NCBI GenBank assembly: GCA_963702205.1
Contig: OY969724.1
Span: 512,001 to 576,000 of the forward strand
Source: an uncultured candidate division Zixibacteria bacterium
Lineage (GTDB): Bacteria > Zixibacteria > MSB-5A5 > GN15 > PGXB01
Length of the DNA: 64,000 bases
Reading direction: 5' to 3'
Numbering within the stretch: the first letter of the stretch is position 1; the number at the start of each line of letters is the position of its first letter. The position numbers were made by a program, and so were the translations under genes. The notes under the pieces were generated by a model. The model was not told the DNA's origin, did not search any database, and worked only from the letters and a program-made list of their open reading frames with translations. This document shows positions 60,247 to 64,000 of this stretch, one piece after another.

Positions 60247-61154
60247 GTTTTATCCATTAATTGTATGAAAGTGTCTTCGAGGTCGGGCCGGATTTCGCTG
60301 AGGGCATCAGCGTTAAAACCGAGGCCGGAAAATTCGGTGCCGTACTCGGTGACGTCGTGCTGTGAATCGACGTAGAGGTGCATGGTGCTTCCGAAACGCC
60401 GCGCGGAAAGACCGCTCGAATTGTTGAGTTCCTCTATTTGATCGATGGTCGGCAGGGCGTTGAGACGGTAGACGCGGCCCTCGAACAGTGCGGTCAGATC
60501 ATCGGGTGTACCCTCAGCCATGTTTTTTCCGCCGAAGATGAAGATCGAGCGGTCGGCCAGAGCGACTTCGTCCATGTACGGGGTCGAGACGATGACGGTG
60601 GCGCCGTCGTTCCGCAGTTTTTTCAGTATGTCCCAGAACTGTCGTCGGGATAGGGGGTCGACGCCGGTGGTCGGTTCGTCGAGGACAAGGACCTGCGGGT
60701 CATGGATGAGGTTACAGCTCAGAGCGAGTTTTTGTTTCATGCCCCCGGAGAGGGCTTCGGCGCGGCGGCTGGCGAACGGCCCGAGATTGGAGAACTTATA
60801 TAAGTACTGTTTTTTCTCTTCGAAATGTTGTCGTGACAGCCCGAACAGCCCGGCATAAAACGACAGGTTTTCCTCGACGGACAAATCCGGGTAGAGCGAG
60901 AAGTTCTGCGGCATATAACCCAGCAGCGGTTTGATTTGGTCGAACTGGGTTCTGACGTCATACCCGGCGATGGTGATGGTTCCGTCATCGAAACCGAGCA
61001 AGCCGCAGGCGGCGCGGAATATGGTGGTTTTGCCGGCTCCGTCGGGTCCGACCAGAGCAAGAATTTTACCGCGCTCGGCGGTCAGGCTGAAATTGTCGAC
61101 GGCCTTAAGTTTGCCGTAGGAGCGGCTGAAATTTTGTATCTCAACGAGGCTCAT
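60243..61154 (-). CDS. ABC ATPase (YbhF N-terminal half-like)
   Basis: GPDGAGKTT, LSGGMKQKL, LDEPTTGVDP. Confidence 0.93.
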   Translation of the reverse strand: MSLVEIQNFSRSYGKLKAVDNFSLTAERGKILALVGPDGAGKTTIFRAACGLLGFDDGTITIAGYDVRTQFDQIKPLLGYMPQNFSLYPDLSVEENLSFYAGLFGLSRQHFEEKKQYLYKFSNLGPFASRRAEALSGGMKQKLALSCNLIHDPQVLVLDEPTTGVDPLSRRQFWDILKKLRNDGATVIVSTPYMDEVALADRSIFIFGGKNMAEGTPDDLTALFEGRVYRLNALPTIDQIEELNNSSGLSARRFGSTMHLYVDSQHDVTEYGTEFSGLGFNADALSEIRPDLEDTFIQLMDKT

Positions 61155-62035
61155 GGAATCGTCACCGAGACAGGCATACCGACTTTAAGTTCGCCGCCGG
61201 AATTGGGGATGGTTATTTTCACGGCATAGACAAGGTCGGCGCGGGCTTCCCTGGTCTGCACGTTTTTGGGCGTGAACTCGGCTTCGGATGATATCCAGGT
61301 GACGGTTCCTTTCAGAGGCTGGGTGCGGCCGTCCTCGGGATCGACCGAGGCCTCTCCTCCGAGCTGGATTTTTGTCAGGTCGGCGGGCGGTAAGTACACC
61401 TTTACCCAGACCGAATCGAGGACGCCGATTTTGTATATGGCTTTGCCGAGCGTGACCAGCTCACCGGCGTCGATGTACTTGGCGGTTATGGTGCCGCTAT
61501 GCGGGGCGGTCGGGAAGCAGTCGCTGAGCTGCTGGATCAAGAGGGCTTTTTGGGCTTCGATGCGGCTCATTTCGGCTTTGGCGGCGGTCAGGGTCGCCCG
61601 GGCCTGCTTGCGGTTAAGGTCGGCCTGGTTGAAAGCGTTTTCGCCCTGATCGTACTGCTGCTGATTAGCCGAACCGCTGGTGATAAGGGCATTGATGCGG
61701 TTGAATTCTTTTTCCGCCAGAGAGAAATTTTGTTCGGCCTGGTCGATGGCTATCGCGGCCATGTTCTTTTTGGATTCGGCCGCTTTATAGGCGGCGTCGG
61801 CCTGATCGAGCGCAAGAATAGTGTTGACAGTGTCTATGACAGCCAGGGTATCGCCGATGCCGACCGTGTCGCCTTCGTCGTAGTGCAGAATCTCGCTGTT
61901 GCCGACCACCTGTGACGAGATCGTGATTTCGGTCGCCTCGATCAGCCCGGAGCCTCCGATAGTACCGTTTTTATCGCTGCAGGCTAATAGTACAAGCGGC
62001 AATGCCAGCAGAGCCGTAACCGTTTTATAATTCAT
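61151..62035 (-). CDS. HlyD-family periplasmic adaptor lipoprotein (YbhG-like)
   Basis: Lipobox LLAC; EAEFTPKNVQT; LKVGMP. Confidence 0.92.
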   Translation of the reverse strand: MNYKTVTALLALPLVLLACSDKNGTIGGSGLIEATEITISSQVVGNSEILHYDEGDTVGIGDTLAVIDTVNTILALDQADAAYKAAESKKNMAAIAIDQAEQNFSLAEKEFNRINALITSGSANQQQYDQGENAFNQADLNRKQARATLTAAKAEMSRIEAQKALLIQQLSDCFPTAPHSGTITAKYIDAGELVTLGKAIYKIGVLDSVWVKVYLPPADLTKIQLGGEASVDPEDGRTQPLKGTVTWISSEAEFTPKNVQTREARADLVYAVKITIPNSGGELKVGMPVSVTIP

Positions 62036-63407
62036 CGTTCAGTCCTCCGTAGATTTTATCCGAGCCGACGGCGAAATAGTGATCCGTCTGTGCAAGGTAG
62101 TAATTTATTTTCGATGCTTCATAAGCCTGCTCGGCGACGCGCAAGTCTTCTTCTTTTTCTAAAAGCCGGTTGACCGACATCTTGCCCGCCTTCTGTTGCT
62201 TTTGCGCAAGAGTATACTGACGTTTGGCGATGTCATATTCTTTTGCGGAGATATTGTATGCGGACTGAGCATACTGAAGTCTCTCGCGGGCGGTTTTGGC
62301 CATGAGGGTGAAGGCGTCCTCGGTTTCGTTTAACGTCATTTCTATCGAATGCACGGTCTGGTCAGCGGCGGACTTATTGTGCAGTTTTTTGCCGCCGAGG
62401 TTGAACGACCAGTTCAGCGCCAGTCCGACCGAAAAATAATCGTTCCAGGTTTTGTTAAACAGGTCCTTGTTGGGCTTACCGACCGAATAGCCGCCGTAGG
62501 CGCTGAGGTTGGGGTAATAATCGGCGGTCGCCAGGCGCGAGACGTTTTGGGCGGCGGCCATATTGGCACGAAGAGCCGTAAGCTCGGGGCGATTGATTTT
62601 TTCTTCCGTCGTTGTTGATGAAACTGCCGGTTTTGGATCGTGCAGTGTTTCCGACAGGACAATGTTGTCCGATTCGGAATTGCCGAGCAGCTTGTTTAAA
62701 GCCGCGGCGGCGTTGGTGCGGGCGGTGGTTTGGTAGTCTGACTGAAGGAGTATCTTCTGGTAGGCCAGTTCGGTTTCCAGAATATCGGTCGAGTCGGCCA
62801 AACCGTTGGCGAACAGGTTTTGTATGTCGGTCTTGATTATGTCGAGTCGCTTTCGTGAAGCCTGCATCGATTTCAAAGATACATCGGCCAGCATGAGGCC
62901 CAGATAAGCGCGGCGGGTCTGGTATCCGGTTTCGAGCCGACGGGTCTCGACGGTGGCGCGGGCGGCGTCGGTGATTGCATGGTAGCGATCGATGTTTCCG
63001 GTTATTTTGCCGCCGGTAAACAGCGGGACAGACAGTTTGAAGTCGGCCTGATAGGTTTCTTTGGAGCCGAGTTCAATGGATGGCCCGCCGGGGACGGGGA
63101 CATTGAACGATTGTAACTTGTTGACCGCGAATGAAACGGCGTCGAGCGACAGGGTCGGAAAACGGTCGGCCTGCGCGGATTGCAATTGCCGGCGGGCACC
63201 GGTGGAATCGTGGGCGGCGGATTTAACCGTGTACGAATGCTCGAGAGCCTGCGCGATGGCCTGGTCGAGCGAGAGTGTCACATCCTCCGCGTGGAGAGGC
63301 GCCGAGACCAATAGTACAATCAGTAATATAATGTACTTACTTAATGAGACCGTGCAAAAAGAGATCGACCACGGCCTGCGGTCTTTCGGATCGGAATTTT
63401 TCTTCAT
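62025..63407 (-). CDS. TolC-family outer-membrane efflux protein
   Basis: LSLDQAIAQAL, FPTLSL, VPLFTGG, YYPNLS; operon context. Confidence 0.9.
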   Translation of the reverse strand: MKKNSDPKDRRPWSISFCTVSLSKYIILLIVLLVSAPLHAEDVTLSLDQAIAQALEHSYTVKSAAHDSTGARRQLQSAQADRFPTLSLDAVSFAVNKLQSFNVPVPGGPSIELGSKETYQADFKLSVPLFTGGKITGNIDRYHAITDAARATVETRRLETGYQTRRAYLGLMLADVSLKSMQASRKRLDIIKTDIQNLFANGLADSTDILETELAYQKILLQSDYQTTARTNAAAALNKLLGNSESDNIVLSETLHDPKPAVSSTTTEEKINRPELTALRANMAAAQNVSRLATADYYPNLSAYGGYSVGKPNKDLFNKTWNDYFSVGLALNWSFNLGGKKLHNKSAADQTVHSIEMTLNETEDAFTLMAKTARERLQYAQSAYNISAKEYDIAKRQYTLAQKQQKAGKMSVNRLLEKEEDLRVAEQAYEASKINYYLAQTDHYFAVGSDKIYGGLNDEL

Positions 63408-63969
63408 TATCTATCTCCCATACCCGGTTGACTACCGGAGCCATTAGCTGGTAAAAAATGTTCATACCCAGAAACGAAACGATGGTGTGTTCAATGTCTA
63501 TATCGCGGAACTGCCCGGAAGCCTGGCCGAAGGCAAGCAGACTTTTGAAGCGCGCGGTGACGCCCGACTGGCTCACCAGACGGATCAGGGTATCTTTGAG
63601 ACGGTCCCCGCCCGCGGCGACTTCGCGCAGCAAAATCGGCCCGAACGAGCGGCGTTCGGCGAACAGGGCGTTCATATAGGTGGCGATTTTCTCGATAACG
63701 GCGGCCGGATCGGCGGCGTCGAACTCCTGAGTCGCGGCAAAGGCGGCGATCTGGCCGAAATGGTCGTCGATGACCGCCTGATAGAGCTTCTCTTTGGAGC
63801 CGAAATGGTAGTAAATCATGGCCTTGTTGATGCCGGAACGCTCGGCGATGCGGTCCACACGGGCCCCGGCGAGGCCGAATTCGGCGAATTCGTCGCGGGC
63901 GGCGTCGAGAATGACCTGGGCCGATCCTTTGGGCTTTGGTTCCGGAGTATTTTGGTTTTGTTCGCTCAT
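63337..63969 (-). CDS. TetR/AcrR-family regulator
   Basis: ILDAARDEFAEFG...RIAERSGINKAMIYYHFGSKEKL. Confidence 0.95.
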   Translation of the reverse strand: MSEQNQNTPEPKPKGSAQVILDAARDEFAEFGLAGARVDRIAERSGINKAMIYYHFGSKEKLYQAVIDDHFGQIAAFAATQEFDAADPAAVIEKIATYMNALFAERRSFGPILLREVAAGGDRLKDTLIRLVSQSGVTARFKSLLAFGQASGQFRDIDIEHTIVSFLGMNIFYQLMAPVVNRVWEIDNEEKFRSERPQAVVDLFLHGLIK

Positions 63970-63977
63970 AATAAAAT

Positions 63978-63993
63978 AACTAACCGTTTAGTT
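63978..63993. promoter_or_regulatory. Probable TetR operator
   Basis: AACTAA-CCGT-TTAGTT inverted repeat 8 nt upstream of the tetR ATG. Confidence 0.6.
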
Positions 63994-64000
63994 TAACTAT

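Overview
Bacterial chromosome segment that very likely contains the replication origin (ileS-dksA/traR-lspA-mrp-dnaA-dnaN-recF, with DnaA boxes on both sides of dnaA). Secreted proteins with dockerin/cohesin-like modules and YPNPFN-type C-terminal domains suggest an FCB-group diderm such as candidate phylum Zixibacteria (inference). The backbone is GC-rich by eye and encodes amino-acid fermentation (gdhA, iorAB-buk-ptb-ptb, pepF), two tRNA-Lys genes, a sigma54 two-component locus, phosphomannomutase and a TetR-TolC-HlyD-ABC efflux operon. AT-rich accessory genes are interspersed (solo UvrD, Panacea toxin-antitoxin pair, PD-(D/E)XK nuclease, orphans), several between clusters of GTAG-REP-like hairpins. 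Best candidate for an undescribed system: a small secreted propeptide-like gene (EHPWGG motif) translationally coupled to a cytoplasmic TPR-sensor/sigma54 enhancer-binding protein, which looks like RRNPP-style peptide signalling wired to sigma54. Also notable: a protein with both cohesin-like and dockerin modules, 81-bp tRNA-Lys-derived repeats with a hairpin inserted in the T-loop, an 80-bp repeat upstream of orphan genes, an IleRS2 with a GVHH motif, and three frameshifted or truncated genes. All calls are by eye; no searches were run.
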